57,883 nt of DNA from the IMG/VR virus record IMGVR_UViG_3300035661_000073, positions 1 through 57,883 of that record, one strand, 5' to 3'. Below the pieces are notes generated by a model. That model made no database searches. It saw only the letters and a list, made by a program, of their open reading frames with translations, and was not told the origin of the DNA. Shown here piece after piece: positions 42,871-54,035 of the stretch; position 1 is the first letter of the stretch; every line of letters starts with the position of its first letter. The translations under genes and the position numbers were made by a program. This DNA comes from a virus (Duplodnaviria > Caudoviricetes).

Positions 42871-42986
42871 GCAAAAAAATTGCGCTAATCAATCTTGACT
42901 ACCTTGCTGGAATGCCGGATTATTACATCAGGATCACCGGAACGGATCTGGGCTGTCCTGGTGCTCTAGCCTGCTCCCCGCAGACG

Positions 42987-43022
42987 GCCGCCCCCCACAC
43001 ACGCGACGGAGGCGGTTTTTTT
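42987..43022 (+). terminator. Rho-independent terminator
   Basis: gccgccccc...ggaggcgg followed by T7. Confidence 0.65.
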
Positions 43023-43121
43023 ACATCCGATCTGTATAAAAATTAGTCATATCTTGGAATTTTGAATTATATACGATTTGACCATTGGCAGGTCGCGGTC
43101 ATGGCTCCTTCCGCACCTGGG

Positions 43122-43152
43122 GCGCCCCTTCATCGTGGAGGGGCGTTTTTTT
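43122..43152 (+). terminator. Rho-independent terminator
   Basis: gcgccccttca-tcg-tggaggggcg followed by T7. Confidence 0.75.
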
Positions 43153-43186
43153 GTTCCGGGGGTATAATCCCTGCGCGAGGTGGGAG

Positions 43187-43399
43187 ATGAGCCGAAAACT
43201 TCTGGGGGTTGCCTTGGGGTTGGTGATCGCCCCAGTTCTGCTTTTCTACCTGTTCTCCGTGGCCATGGGGCTTGGTGATGCAACCGGCAAGGTCGCTGCC
43301 CTGATGGCCCAGCCCCGGGGGTTCCTAGCCCTGGTCGGGGCGGTCTCCATCATGGGCAGCCTGCTCTGGTTCACTTGGAGAGGAGTCGTTGGACGGTAG
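43187..43399 (+). CDS. Small two-TM membrane protein
   Basis: MSRKLLGVALGL...; TATAAT at 43163 and GAGG RBS upstream. Confidence 0.6.
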   Translation: MSRKLLGVALGLVIAPVLLFYLFSVAMGLGDATGKVAALMAQPRGFLALVGAVSIMGSLLWFTWRGVVGR

Positions 43400-46300
43400 G
43401 CAGGCCCTTGCGTACCGCCTGGGCCTCCCGGCGCCGTTCCTCGGCGGGGGTGGGGGAGTCAGTCAGGTAGTGGGCCGCATCAGCGTAGCCGCGCGGTTTC
43501 TCTTGGCCGGTGAGGATCTTGGCCTGCTTGATCGATGAGACGCTGGACAGCAGCGGGGAGGCGCTGCCCTTCATGAGCGAAGCTGCCAGCGCGTAGATGT
43601 CGGCGCTGATCCCCAGCACCGGGCTGGAGGTGGCGGCACCGCGCCAGTCGCCCACGGCCGCAGCGACCTCGCGCTTGCCCTGCATCTTGTCGGGGGTGAA
43701 GAAGTAGTGGAACATGCCCTTGGTCATGTTGGCGGCCCAGTGGGCGTTCACCAGCGGGGGATGGAACATCATCTTGAACAGGTCGTGTCCGTACTTCTTG
43801 CCGATCAGTCCGATGGCACCCAGGGCGACGACGTGGCGGATCAGGTGGGCGGTCTCGTCCGAGCCGAACACGTCCTTCTCGCCCTTCAGCCCCTGGGCCA
43901 GGATCTTGGCCTGGATCTCCAGGCCCTTGGCCGGGGTCATGGTGAACATGATGCCCGCGTTGGCGACCGGGTCTTTCAGATACTTGGCCGCGTCCGCCCC
44001 GCCCCGGTAGTTGTAGTCCAGGATGGACAGCATGGTGGCGCGGATCTGCTTGTTGGCGTCGAACCCTGCGGCCGCGCCCCGGCGCACCGAGGCCATCATG
44101 TTCAGGCCGTTCTCGAAGGCTTCCACGGCCGTCACCGGATAGCCTGCCAGGGTGCCGATCTTGCCGGCCAGCTTGGTCACGGGCCGGTCCAGGGTGCCGC
44201 GCTCGTATTCGGCCACCATCGGGTCCTCGCGCAGCATCCGGCTGATCTGCTTGGTCGCCATCAGGTTGGCGGCCAGCACCTGGGTCAGGCTCTGGTCCCG
44301 GGGCGTCCCGCCCAGCGCCTTCACCGCCTTCTGAATCAGCGGGGCGTTGGCCGCGTCCTGCGCGTAGTTCACGGCCATATCCTTCATGGCCGGGAGCAGC
44401 CAGGTGTGGTGGTAGCCCAGCAGGTTGGCGGTCTTGATGGCATGTTTCACCGCCACCCGGGGGCTGAAGGCGATGGTCTTCAGGATCTCGAATTGCTTGG
44501 CCGCCTGGAGGATGGGCGCGTAGACCGGAGGCTCCTTGGGATATTCCATGTCCCGCAGCCGTTCGTTCAGCCAGGCTCCGTACTTGGGCGCGTAGTAGTC
44601 GCCGCCCTCGGTGAGATAGGGATTCTTGCCCCACTTGTTGAGTACCGGCTGGTAGGCCAGTTTCCGGGCCACGGTCGGGATGTAGTAGGACAGGGAACCG
44701 TGGGCGGTGGGGAACAGGTTCATGTTGCCGTTGCGGTGGTGGAAGGACAGCACCTGCTTGATCTGGAGCCGACCTTCGGGGGTGCTGAACCGCTGGGTGT
44801 CCAGGGGCTTCAGCAGGTGGGTGATGTAGGGGTCTTCGAGCACCGGGATGCCGCGCTTCTTCAGTGCCTCGCGGTACTTGTCCATGCCTTCCCGGATCTG
44901 GCCGGCAACTTCCATATCCTGCTTGGTGGCGATCTTCTCCAGCCATTCGGGCGGGGCCCCATCCGCCGGCAGTTCCGCCAGCAGGGAGACCCGCACGTCC
45001 TGGTATTTCTTGGCCAATTCCTGGATTCGAGCATCGGCGTTGGTGTAGTGCCCCTTGAGTTCGTCCTGGAGCCGCTTCATCGTGCCTCGGTTCTTGGCGT
45101 CCCACTTGGCCTTGAGCTCTCGCGCCTTGACCACGGACGGATCGTTCCCAGCCATGCCCATGGCGTTCAACAGGGCTTCCTCGGTGCCGCGCTTGAGCCC
45201 CTTGGACCGGTCCCCGGCCTGGCCAGATTTGAGCGCCCGGTCGATTCCCTTGGCCTCGGACTCGTTGGCGATCCGTGTCGCGGCACGTTCCGTTGCCTGC
45301 TTCAGCGCCTTGTCCAGCGCCTCGGCCTGGCGCTCCAAGGGGTCCAGTTGCCGGGACACCCGGAAGATGTTCTGGCTCACAGGGGTCATGACCTTCTGCA
45401 CCACCTTGCTGGCGTCCTTGACGCCGCGCAGGGTCCGCACCGCCCACTGGGTGCCGGCGGCCTGCTTCATCACCCGGTCATTGGCGGCCAGGGACTGGTC
45501 GATGACGATGCCCTCGCCCGGTTCGTGGACCTGGCCCTCGATCTGGTGGGGGGAGCGGCCGTACTGCCCGACCGTGCCGGATTTCAGGTCGCCCTTGGGC
45601 TTGGGCAGGGTGGGGTCGATCATGGAATCGGCCTGCTCCGCCAGCCCGCCGGTCCCCGCGTCCAGGTGCTGGAGTTGGTTGTTCCCGTCCAGGGCCTGGG
45701 CAAGGTTCTTGAAGGCGTTGTCGCCCAGGTGTCGGAACGGGGAGATGCCCTCGGAGATGGCGTGGACCGCCCCGGTGATGGCCCGCTTGGCGGCCCTGGC
45801 CAGCAGGCCCTGGCCAGCCCGGCCCGGGGGCACGATGATGGCGCCGGTCTGGCGCCCGACCTTGCCCGCTTCCTCCACATCCTGGGCCACGGACTCGGGG
45901 GTCTGGGCCCCCTGCTGGGCCAGCGCCTGGTCCAGTTCGGCATCGGTCTTGGGCTTCTGGGCGGCGCGGTACTGCTCAGCCATGCGCTGGAGGGTGGCGT
46001 CCTCCAGGTGGGCGTAGTGCGCCCTCTGAGTGTAGAGCCATTTCCGCAGACTCTTGTCCTGGTCGCCCGGGAACAGTTCGCCGATCCGGGCCTTCTCTCG
46101 AACCCTGGTATCCTTCATGGCCTTCTGCTCCGGGCTCAGTTCCGCCTTCGGCTTGGGCTCCGCCTTGGTGCGGACGGTCCGGAGCTTGGGCGCCGGCTTC
46201 TCGGTGGCCGGTTCGGGGGCCTTGGCGTTGGCCTTGGCCGGTTCGGGCGCCGTGGCTACTTCGCCTTCGGTCCCTCCGAAGTCGGCGGATCCGTCTCCGC

Positions 46301-49300
46301 CAAAGAGGCCCGGACCTTCGCCTCCACCGCCAGGGACAGTTTCACTTTCTCGGCCAGTTCCGGCGTGAGCGGAGCGAATTTCTTTTCGTACCATTTCGAA
46401 GGCTTCGGCTCGGATGGCGTCGGCGTCCTTGGCAGACTTGGCTTGCTGGAGTCGGGCGGCGTAGTCATTGATGATATCTCCTATCCCGGTCAGGTTCTTC
46501 TGGGCCTTGAAGTAGCCGAGTGCGGAGGCTGATTCCTGCTTCAATTCCCCGGCGCCCTTGGTGTCCACCGTGGCGGCTTTGCCCACCGCCTCAGAATATC
46601 GTTTCCCGGTCAGAACCGTGCCAGCCTGTTTGTCGGCCGCCAATTTGCCCTGGATATGGCGGATCAGGTCGGTCTGCTCGGCCAGGGTGGAGGTGGTCTC
46701 CTCTTCCCCGAACAGGTTGGTCTGGCCGGTGGCCACGTCGCGGGTGCCCTTGATCCGGTCCACCATCTCCTTCCAGTAGGGGGTGGAGATGTCCTCGGCG
46801 CTGCCCTTCTTGGCGATCAGGTCGTGCAGTTCCTTGAAGGCGGTCTCGGTCTGCTTGCCCTTCAACCCAGCCTTGCCGGTCTCGATGGCCAGTCGCAGGA
46901 TCTCTGGGTCATTGGCGGCGGCGTGGAACCAGGAGTCGGGCAGGCCGGCCAGGGCCATGCCGTCCTGGACGACCTTCTTATTGGCCGGGATGCCCTTGGC
47001 CTCCAGGTCGGCGGGAGTGGTCTTGGCGTTGCGGAAGTAGACCGCCGCGTCCAGGGCGGTGCCGTTGCCTTCCGCAAGGTTCTTCACCGCGCCCTGGGTC
47101 ATCGCATCCTTGGCGTCCTTGGCATCCAGGAACTGCACCCGAAGGTTCTGGACCCCCAGGTCCAGGGCCTTGTCGTAGCGGTTATGGCCGTTGACCACGT
47201 AGACCTTGCCGTCGGCCGGATCGCGCCACACGTCCAGCACCCCGGCGGACTGCTCATTCCATGCCTTGACCCCATGCAGGGAGCCAGTGGCCCCGGTTCG
47301 AGAGTTGACCTGCTGAATCCCGGTGGTCTCGTTCTGAACCTTGTGCTGGAACCGCACTGGATCGGCGTGGAGGCTGGCGGTGGGGATGGTGAACACATCG
47401 CCAGACACCTTCAGCCCAGGGACATCCTGGAGGGATTCCGGGACCTGCCGGGCCGGGGTCGGATCGAGGTTGGCGGCGGCACGGGCGGCCTTGGCGGCGG
47501 CCATCGCCTGGTCGGCCTTCTCGGGGGAGGTGCCGGTGCCGGAATGCAGTTCCCCGGTCAGGCGCACTTCCTTGCCGTTCTCGGTGAAGGTGAACGGGGC
47601 CTTGGCCAGCGCCTTGTTGGTGGCGGCGATGGCCGCATCGATCTGCGCCTGGGTCCCGCCGGTCAGACGGAACTCGTCACCGGAAATGTGAGCGGCCAAC
47701 AGACCCGCCTTCTTGGCCTGGGCATGGAGGGTCTTGCCGATGTGGATCAGGTATTCGGTCCCGGTCTCCTGGCCGTGCTTGTTGGCCGCTTTCAGCCCGC
47801 GCACGTCGAGGCTGGCGACCGGGTCGCCCTCTTTGTATTGTCGGTCGAAGGCGAGGCCGTTGGTCATCTCGGGAATGCGCTGGTCGAGCAGGCGGTCCCG
47901 CTCCAGTTCCTGCACCCGGGCGATGGCTTCCTGGTGGGTGAGTTGGTCGGCCGGCCGCTCCGCCGCAGCAGCGGCCCGCACCTGGGCTCGGCGCTCGGCT
48001 CCGCGCCGTTCCACGTCCACCGGCTGGTCGGCCTGCCGCCGGTCCTGGCCGGACCGTTCCTGGGGGGTGTCGAAGATCAGCCCTTCGGTGAAGTCCGGCG
48101 CTTTTTCTTGGACTTGCCTGCCTTCGACAGGGCGATTGCCACCGCCTGCTTCTGCGGGCGCCCCGACGACACCAGTTCCCGGATGTTCGCTGACACCACT
48201 TCCTTCGACTTGCCCTTCTTGAGCGGCACGGGGAGCCTCCTGGGGGTTCTGCTCGGGGGTGACCTTGCGCCACTTGTCCGCCACCGCCTCCCGGGCCTGG
48301 TTGATGGCGTCGAACTGCACCTGGTTGTAGGTGTGCCGGGCGTGGATGTCCTTCAACTCATCCACGGTCTTGGGGTCGTTCCGCAGCACCGTCTGGATGT
48401 CCTTGTCGGTGACCTTCTTGCCCTTCTGGGAGTAGGCTCGGCCCTTGGCCTTCTGGAGCACCCGGTCGAAGTCGCGCTGGATCCGCTCCAGGTCCGCCTG
48501 GGCTTGGGCCTGCTTCTCGTTCAGGGGCGCCATGTCCAGGTCGAACCGCTCCTGCAACAGCTGGGGCAGGCCGGCCCGGATCTGGTCCACCGGGATGGCC
48601 GGTGCCGCCGGTTCGGGGGCCGGGGTTGGTTCGGGCTGGGGAGATGGAGCGGCGGCGGCGGGCGCCTCTGGGGTGGGCAGGGTCCGCTTCTGGATGTCGC
48701 TCCGGTTGAACTGACGCTGGCCCGGCATCTCCTTGAGCGCCGCCTGGACTTCCTTCTGGACATCCACCGGTTCGGCCTTGCCCTTGTAGGCGATGCCGGC
48801 CTTGTCGATGTGGTCCAGCGTCCCCAGATCCCGCCAGGCGCTGGTGGCGTCCTTCTTGGCCTGTTCCCGCACCTCCGGGCGCCGATCGTCCATGCGCTCG
48901 TAGGCATCCTGCACCTTGCCCAGGATAGCCTCGCGGGCGTGGTCCCTGGACACGTACTCCTTGGCCACCTGCCCGGCCCGGAAGGTGCGTTGGCCTTCCC
49001 GGACCATGCCGGCCGCGCCGAACACATGCATGGCGGCGATCTGTTTGGTGGCCTCCACCACCCCCTGCTCCCACTTCTCCTTGGTCATGTCCTTGCCCAT
49101 GACCAACTTGTCCACCAATTGATCCAGGGTGCCCCAGGCCACGCCTTCCCCGGCGGTACGGGACGCACGGGCGGCGATCATCCCGGCCAGGGTCTTGAAC
49201 GCCTTGTCCCCACCCGGGACCGCCTGGAGCGCCGCCACGGTGGCGGCAGACAGGGTGCCTGCGGCCAGATACTGCGTAGGGGTGGCGTCCTCCTTCATGG

Positions 49301-50009
49301 CGCTGTGGGCCTTGCTGATCCCGTTCTCGGCCATCAGGAAGGCCAGCCCCCAGGGGTTGCCGTACTTGACCCCGGCGGCGGCGGTCCCGCCCACTAGTTC
49401 CGCGTCCTTGGCCACCCGACTTTCCGGGTTGCCGCCAGCCTCAGTGAGGAAGGTGCGGGCCAGGTTGTCGCTACGTTTCTGGTAGGCGTCCCAATCGTCG
49501 GACCAGTCCTTGACCGACTTGTAGACCTTGTCGAAGGCCCCACCGATGGCCTTGGTCACCGGGTTGGTGGCGGGCCCGGCCGCCGCGTCCAGGCGCCCCA
49601 GCAGGTCGGCCAGGATACCGGCGCCCTGAACGGGCACATTGACCGGGGCGGCCAGGCTCCGGCGGGCCGCTTCCACCCCGAAGGCGGCATCCTTGCGGCC
49701 CTGGCTGGGGGGTTCCACGGTCGGAGTGCGCCCCTCGGCGCCGGCCAGGTTGGCCTGCATGATGGTGTCCAGGGTGGACGGCTTGGGCGGCACCAGAGCC
49801 GGGCGCGGGGCGAGGTTCAGCGGACGCAGGACATCCGGCACCGGCCGGGGCCCAGCCGGAGAGGGCACGGCCGGACGCTGTGCCCGAGACAGCAGGGGGG
49901 CATCCGCACCGCCTTCCGGGACCGCCTCGAACCCATCCGGGGGAGGAGGTGGCCCTGCGGCCTTCCGGGCGGTGGCTTCCTCGAACCCCGGCGGCGGTGC
50001 GATGGCCAT
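43371..50009 (-). CDS. Giant virion ejection/polyvalent protein (2212 aa) with GGDEF-like and ParB-like domains
   Basis: 'PPPGFE' N-terminal repeats; last gene of the ejection cluster; SGDEF motif at 47670-47684; 'YVVNGHNR' ParB-like motif. Confidence 0.8.
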   Translation of the reverse strand: MAIAPPPGFEEATARKAAGPPPPPDGFEAVPEGGADAPLLSRAQRPAVPSPAGPRPVPDVLRPLNLAPRPALVPPKPSTLDTIMQANLAGAEGRTPTVEPPSQGRKDAAFGVEAARRSLAAPVNVPVQGAGILADLLGRLDAAAGPATNPVTKAIGGAFDKVYKSVKDWSDDWDAYQKRSDNLARTFLTEAGGNPESRVAKDAELVGGTAAAGVKYGNPWGLAFLMAENGISKAHSAMKEDATPTQYLAAGTLSAATVAALQAVPGGDKAFKTLAGMIAARASRTAGEGVAWGTLDQLVDKLVMGKDMTKEKWEQGVVEATKQIAAMHVFGAAGMVREGQRTFRAGQVAKEYVSRDHAREAILGKVQDAYERMDDRRPEVREQAKKDATSAWRDLGTLDHIDKAGIAYKGKAEPVDVQKEVQAALKEMPGQRQFNRSDIQKRTLPTPEAPAAAAPSPQPEPTPAPEPAAPAIPVDQIRAGLPQLLQERFDLDMAPLNEKQAQAQADLERIQRDFDRVLQKAKGRAYSQKGKKVTDKDIQTVLRNDPKTVDELKDIHARHTYNQVQFDAINQAREAVADKWRKVTPEQNPQEAPRAAQEGQVEGSGVSEHPGTGVVGAPAEAGGGNRPVEGRQVQEKAPDFTEGLIFDTPQERSGQDRRQADQPVDVERRGAERRAQVRAAAAAERPADQLTHQEAIARVQELERDRLLDQRIPEMTNGLAFDRQYKEGDPVASLDVRGLKAANKHGQETGTEYLIHIGKTLHAQAKKAGLLAAHISGDEFRLTGGTQAQIDAAIAATNKALAKAPFTFTENGKEVRLTGELHSGTGTSPEKADQAMAAAKAARAAANLDPTPARQVPESLQDVPGLKVSGDVFTIPTASLHADPVRFQHKVQNETTGIQQVNSRTGATGSLHGVKAWNEQSAGVLDVWRDPADGKVYVVNGHNRYDKALDLGVQNLRVQFLDAKDAKDAMTQGAVKNLAEGNGTALDAAVYFRNAKTTPADLEAKGIPANKKVVQDGMALAGLPDSWFHAAANDPEILRLAIETGKAGLKGKQTETAFKELHDLIAKKGSAEDISTPYWKEMVDRIKGTRDVATGQTNLFGEEETTSTLAEQTDLIRHIQGKLAADKQAGTVLTGKRYSEAVGKAATVDTKGAGELKQESASALGYFKAQKNLTGIGDIINDYAARLQQAKSAKDADAIRAEAFEMVRKEIRSAHAGTGRESETVPGGGGEGPGLFGGDGSADFGGTEGEVATAPEPAKANAKAPEPATEKPAPKLRTVRTKAEPKPKAELSPEQKAMKDTRVREKARIGELFPGDQDKSLRKWLYTQRAHYAHLEDATLQRMAEQYRAAQKPKTDAELDQALAQQGAQTPESVAQDVEEAGKVGRQTGAIIVPPGRAGQGLLARAAKRAITGAVHAISEGISPFRHLGDNAFKNLAQALDGNNQLQHLDAGTGGLAEQADSMIDPTLPKPKGDLKSGTVGQYGRSPHQIEGQVHEPGEGIVIDQSLAANDRVMKQAAGTQWAVRTLRGVKDASKVVQKVMTPVSQNIFRVSRQLDPLERQAEALDKALKQATERAATRIANESEAKGIDRALKSGQAGDRSKGLKRGTEEALLNAMGMAGNDPSVVKARELKAKWDAKNRGTMKRLQDELKGHYTNADARIQELAKKYQDVRVSLLAELPADGAPPEWLEKIATKQDMEVAGQIREGMDKYREALKKRGIPVLEDPYITHLLKPLDTQRFSTPEGRLQIKQVLSFHHRNGNMNLFPTAHGSLSYYIPTVARKLAYQPVLNKWGKNPYLTEGGDYYAPKYGAWLNERLRDMEYPKEPPVYAPILQAAKQFEILKTIAFSPRVAVKHAIKTANLLGYHHTWLLPAMKDMAVNYAQDAANAPLIQKAVKALGGTPRDQSLTQVLAANLMATKQISRMLREDPMVAEYERGTLDRPVTKLAGKIGTLAGYPVTAVEAFENGLNMMASVRRGAAAGFDANKQIRATMLSILDYNYRGGADAAKYLKDPVANAGIMFTMTPAKGLEIQAKILAQGLKGEKDVFGSDETAHLIRHVVALGAIGLIGKKYGHDLFKMMFHPPLVNAHWAANMTKGMFHYFFTPDKMQGKREVAAAVGDWRGAATSSPVLGISADIYALAASLMKGSASPLLSSVSSIKQAKILTGQEKPRGYADAAHYLTDSPTPAEERRREAQAVRKGLPTVQRLLSK

Positions 50010-50011
50010 GG

Positions 50012-51601
50012 CTACTCCTTCACCCAGTTGTTGCCCTTGAGCCGGAACCAGACCAGATCCCCGGTGGCCTTGTCCCGGAACTGCTGGCGCTCACCGCCGG
50101 ACGAGGGTTCGGGACGACCGCCCTTGGGGGTTCCCGCGTCCCGAGAATTCTCTGGGCGCTGCACCTTGTCCTTCTCCCACTGGTCCAGGGCGGTCATCAC
50201 CGCCTTGCCCTGGTCCGGGTCGTTCAGGTTCAGGGCGTAGGCCAGGGCCATGTCCGGGTCCTCGTTGGCCAGTTTCTTGAACTGCGCCACCGCCTGGAGC
50301 GGGGATAGGGCACTGACGCCCTTCATCGCATCGCCCTTGGCCTGGTTGATCAGGGTGTTGACCCGCTGCTGCTTGCGCCGTTCCAGCCGGTCCACCGCCT
50401 TCTCCCCCTCGGACTTGACGTAGGCGTTGGCCCGGGTCACCTTCGCCTGGAGCGAATCCAGTTTGGCCTGGAGCGCGTCCCGCTTGGCCGGGTCGGCTTC
50501 CTTGGCCAGCGCCAGGGTGGTCTTCTGGATCTCGTCGGCCACCTGGATGTCCTTGTTGGAGTCCTCGCCCATCCGCAAACTGGCCCGCCAGTTCTCGCCC
50601 TTCTCCTTGAACCTCAGCCGCTCCCAGTCCCCTTTCTCCTTCATCATTTCGACCATGAGTTTGGTCATGTTGTCGGCGTTGTCCTTGGTCTGCTTGGTGT
50701 AATCATTGGCGTCGATCAGGCCCGCCTTGAGCATCCCGTCGGTGAGCACCTGACTCATGCCGACCCAGGTCCCGTCCGGGTTCTGGAGCCCGTCCAGGCC
50801 GGTGCGCGGGTCCTGGCCCACCTTCCAGCCGGGGCCGTAGATCGAGTTGATGGTGTTCTGGTCCTTGCGCCGCACCGCGTCCACGAACGCCTGCGCCTTG
50901 CGGTTGCGGACGGCGTTGTCCACGCTCGCCTTGTAGTCCTCCACCTCGGTCTTCCACTTCTGGAAACTCGGGTCCTTCTCCTTCATGTCCATCCAGGCGG
51001 ACAGCATCCGGTTGGCGGCCTGGGGATCGTTGGGGAAGTGCTGGCGGGCATACTGGATGATCCGGGTCTCGGCTTCCTGGGCCTCCTTGGTGTAGGCCAG
51101 TTCCTTCTCGTGCAGCCCTTTCAGGGTGTCGCTCATTTCTGGCGGAGCGACCGGGCCCTGGGGCTGGGCCTGGGGCGGGGTGGCGGTCAGGGCAGGGGCG
51201 GCGGCCGGTGCCGGGGGTTGCCACTGGGCGATCTTCTTGGCCAGCGGGGAGTCGGGGTGGACCAGCCCGGTGGTTGGCGCCCCCAGGCCCGGGACGGCAG
51301 GGGCCGCCAGGGTCGGGCCGTTGGCGGGGGCAGGGACGGGCGCGGGGCCGTTCAGGGACGCCTCATACTCGGCCAACTGCGCCGTGGCCAGATGGGCGGG
51401 GTCGGCCATTCGGTACGCCTTCTGCGCCCCGTTCAGGTCCATGCCCGCCTGGCGCTGCTGGGACTCGTCCCAGGACTGGCGGATGCGGGCCAGTTGCTCG
51501 TCCTGGATGGACTCCTGGCGGTCCTTGTCCCGCCGGGCCAGGACCCCCTCAGCGTACCCGTTCAGCGCCTGCCCGATGCCGCCTGCCGCTCGCCAGTCCA
51601 T
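50012..51601 (-). CDS. Putative DNA ejection protein
   Basis: 'GGIGQALNGYAEG' N-terminus, helical, 'GNNWV' C-terminus; synteny. Confidence 0.65.
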   Translation of the reverse strand: MDWRAAGGIGQALNGYAEGVLARRDKDRQESIQDEQLARIRQSWDESQQRQAGMDLNGAQKAYRMADPAHLATAQLAEYEASLNGPAPVPAPANGPTLAAPAVPGLGAPTTGLVHPDSPLAKKIAQWQPPAPAAAPALTATPPQAQPQGPVAPPEMSDTLKGLHEKELAYTKEAQEAETRIIQYARQHFPNDPQAANRMLSAWMDMKEKDPSFQKWKTEVEDYKASVDNAVRNRKAQAFVDAVRRKDQNTINSIYGPGWKVGQDPRTGLDGLQNPDGTWVGMSQVLTDGMLKAGLIDANDYTKQTKDNADNMTKLMVEMMKEKGDWERLRFKEKGENWRASLRMGEDSNKDIQVADEIQKTTLALAKEADPAKRDALQAKLDSLQAKVTRANAYVKSEGEKAVDRLERRKQQRVNTLINQAKGDAMKGVSALSPLQAVAQFKKLANEDPDMALAYALNLNDPDQGKAVMTALDQWEKDKVQRPENSRDAGTPKGGRPEPSSGGERQQFRDKATGDLVWFRLKGNNWVKE

Positions 51602-51610
51602 GATGCCCTC

Positions 51611-52300
51611 CTACGAAATCCGCAGATCCGACATGTCCGCGCCGTAACCGGACGGGGACCAGTCCTGGCTGTAGTCCACCGAGCCGCCCGGGTTGCCGCC
51701 GCCGCTGGGCGCCTGCAAGGGTTTGCGGTAGAGCATGGCCAGGTTCGCCAGGCCACGGGCCGCCTCGCCGTAGGCGCTGGCCGAAGCGGTGGAGTCCTGG
51801 TTGGACCACTGGTTCATCTGCCCGGCCATGTCGGCATTGACGCCGGTCTGCACCCCGACCCAGCCCGGCACCCGCGAGGCCCGGTCGGTCCACTGGCCGA
51901 GCTGCGCCCGCTTGTTGATCTGGTCCTCCAGGTTCAGCCCGGCGATGCCCTGGGCCTTGGCGAACTGGCTGGTGAGCATCCGCCCCCCGGCGATGCTGTC
52001 GCCGGTCACCGGGGCCTGGGTCAGGATGTTGCGCTGGATGCCAGCGAACTCGCTGCCCAGGCGGTCCTGGGCCCGCTGGCCTTCCGGGGTCAGGCCGGTG
52101 CCCTGGAATACCCCCAACTGCCTCTGGATGAGATCCTGGGTCGGCGCTTCCTGGGCCTTCAGCTCCTCCCCGATGGCCTGGTTGCGCTGCCACATCTCGT
52201 AGGCTTGCGCCCGTTCGCGCTTGGCATCCTTGCCCCCGGAGATCCCGGAGTAGATGCTGAACGCGGTCCCAACTCCTGCGGCTACGGCTGCGGCGGACAT
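51611..52300 (-). CDS. Putative DNA ejection (pilot-like) protein
   Basis: Ala/Gly-rich N-terminus 'AAAVAAGVGTAFSIYSG'; Gln-rich body. Confidence 0.65.
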   Translation of the reverse strand: MSAAAVAAGVGTAFSIYSGISGGKDAKRERAQAYEMWQRNQAIGEELKAQEAPTQDLIQRQLGVFQGTGLTPEGQRAQDRLGSEFAGIQRNILTQAPVTGDSIAGGRMLTSQFAKAQGIAGLNLEDQINKRAQLGQWTDRASRVPGWVGVQTGVNADMAGQMNQWSNQDSTASASAYGEAARGLANLAMLYRKPLQAPSGGGNPGGSVDYSQDWSPSGYGADMSDLRIS

Positions 52301-52767
52301 GGCAACACCTCCTGGAGAACCTTCCCGGTGATGAAGTCGAAACCGTGGGGTTCGTCCTCGAACAGTTGCTTCTCGATCTCGGTGAGGTCGGTGAGATGGG
52401 TGTGGTGGGCGGTGGCGAACAGGGTATCCTCGTGCGCCACGGCGAACGGCTTCACCCCGGCCTTGCCAGTGATCGAGGCCGGGCCTTGCAGGCGCACCAG
52501 CCCGCGCTCGGTCAGGATCGAGATGTCCCCGGACAGGCAGATCAGCAGGTCGTCCTGCCGGTGGACCCGCCCGGTCAGGCAGACATTTTTCGGAATTTTG
52601 ATTTTCCGGAAATAAATCCCGAAGGCGAATTCATGTTCCACTGGAAGTTCCACGAATTCCCCGCTGGCCAGGATCCCCTGCTCCATGGCCCGGATAGCCA
52701 CACGCACCTTGTCCGGGGTGGGTTCTGCCGCCCCGAAGCCGATGGTGCTGATTCGATGGGTGATCAT
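52282..52767 (-). CDS. Cupin-fold phage protein
   Basis: 'EHEFAFGIYFRKIKIPK..LTGRVH...AGVK..AHEDT.F.TAH'. Confidence 0.75.
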   Translation of the reverse strand: MITHRISTIGFGAAEPTPDKVRVAIRAMEQGILASGEFVELPVEHEFAFGIYFRKIKIPKNVCLTGRVHRQDDLLICLSGDISILTERGLVRLQGPASITGKAGVKPFAVAHEDTLFATAHHTHLTDLTEIEKQLFEDEPHGFDFITGKVLQEVLPCPPQP

Positions 52768-53192
52768 TGCGTCTCCAGGGGGTCCCAGTCGAACTTGATC
52801 AGGCGGATCCAGGCCAGCCCGGTCATCTGCAAGCGGATCCCGAAACCGGCGGTGCCTTCCGGGAGTTTCAGCAGGGCCGCCTGCCAGGCATCCTCGGCCA
52901 GGACCACGCGCACGTCCCGGGACAGCAGGGTCTGGTCGATCCAGACATTGACGAACAGGGTTCCGCCGCCCGAGAAGTGGATGGAGTCAAACGACCGGGC
53001 CAAGGACGGGTCACCGATCTGCTCACCCTCGCCCGGGTAGATCAGGCCGGTGTCCACGAACGGCAGGAGGTCCCGACGGTCCTGGTTGAACAGGGCATAG
53101 ACGGTCTGCCGACCGGTGCCGGCCGGGGCCAACCTCGAAAAGCTGGTCCCGGCGGCAAGGTAGTCCTGGTAGGTATCAACCAGGGACGGCAT
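52764..53192 (-). CDS. Virion protein resembling the C-terminal domain of nozzle proteins
   Basis: 'FDSIHFSGGGTLFVNVWID...LKLPEG..GFGIRLQMTG'. Confidence 0.5.
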   Translation of the reverse strand: MPSLVDTYQDYLAAGTSFSRLAPAGTGRQTVYALFNQDRRDLLPFVDTGLIYPGEGEQIGDPSLARSFDSIHFSGGGTLFVNVWIDQTLLSRDVRVVLAEDAWQAALLKLPEGTAGFGIRLQMTGLAWIRLIKFDWDPLETQ

Positions 53193-53198
53193 GGTGGG

Positions 53199-53945
53199 CT
53201 AGCCGTGGACGCTGCGGACGGCGGCGGTGACGTTCACGGTGCCGGTCACGGTGCCGTTCTGGAAGCGAAGATGGCTGAAGGCCACCTGGTTGCCCGAGGT
53301 GAGGGAGTTGTACTGGACCGCCGCACCCGTGGCACCGATGGCCAAGGCGCTGGACAGGTTGATCCAGCCCTGGCCGTCCACCGAACCCTGGACGTAGGCA
53401 TTGGCCACGCTGCCGGTGTCGGCCGCGTTGGTCTTGGCGACGATGGACTGGACGGTGCCGTCCACGGCCACCGGGAAAGAGGTGGCGGCCGACGCGGTGG
53501 CGGTGAAGTGGCGGCCCACGGTCATGGCGCAGGACGGGATGGTCAGCGGGCCGATGGCGTCGGTGGAATAGGTGCCGGTGCCGCCGGCCGAACCGGTCAA
53601 CTGGCCGGTGATGTGGACGCCTTCCGGGATGCCGGGGCCGTTCAGCAGGGTGGAATCCGGGTCCACGGTGGCGGTGCCGGTGCCGGTGCCGACCGTGATG
53701 GCGGTGAACCGAGTGCCGACGGTGGCGTTGGCCGGGGCGCCGGCCACGGACCAGTCCGTGGTGCCCAGCGACTTGATCTTGTAGGTCACCCCGGTCACCA
53801 GGGCGGTGGCCGCGACGGTGGCGCCCGGATTGCAGACGATGCCGGAACCGACGGTGACGGTAAGGACGCCGCCACCGGTCAGGAGGCCGCCCGCGTGGGA
53901 GGCGGTGATGGACTGGCCGGGGAAACGGAAAGCCTTCGCGGTCAT
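53199..53945 (-). CDS. Gly/Thr-rich virion structural protein
   Basis: AAGGAG RBS; 'YKIKSLGTTDW', 'GTGTYS', 'VQGSVDG..W'. Confidence 0.7.
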   Translation of the reverse strand: MTAKAFRFPGQSITASHAGGLLTGGGVLTVTVGSGIVCNPGATVAATALVTGVTYKIKSLGTTDWSVAGAPANATVGTRFTAITVGTGTGTATVDPDSTLLNGPGIPEGVHITGQLTGSAGGTGTYSTDAIGPLTIPSCAMTVGRHFTATASAATSFPVAVDGTVQSIVAKTNAADTGSVANAYVQGSVDGQGWINLSSALAIGATGAAVQYNSLTSGNQVAFSHLRFQNGTVTGTVNVTAAVRSVHG

Positions 53946-54035
53946 GATGTTCTCCTTTCAGGAGGGTGATGGGGTGGGGTGGTGGGCGGGTGGTGTTGAC
54001 CGGATGCCTCGCCAGGGATCACCCGGAGGGTTGGC

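Noticed and set aside
43707-49397. 941-aa and 913-aa plus-strand ORFs
   Set aside because: Antisense shadows of the 2212-aa gene.
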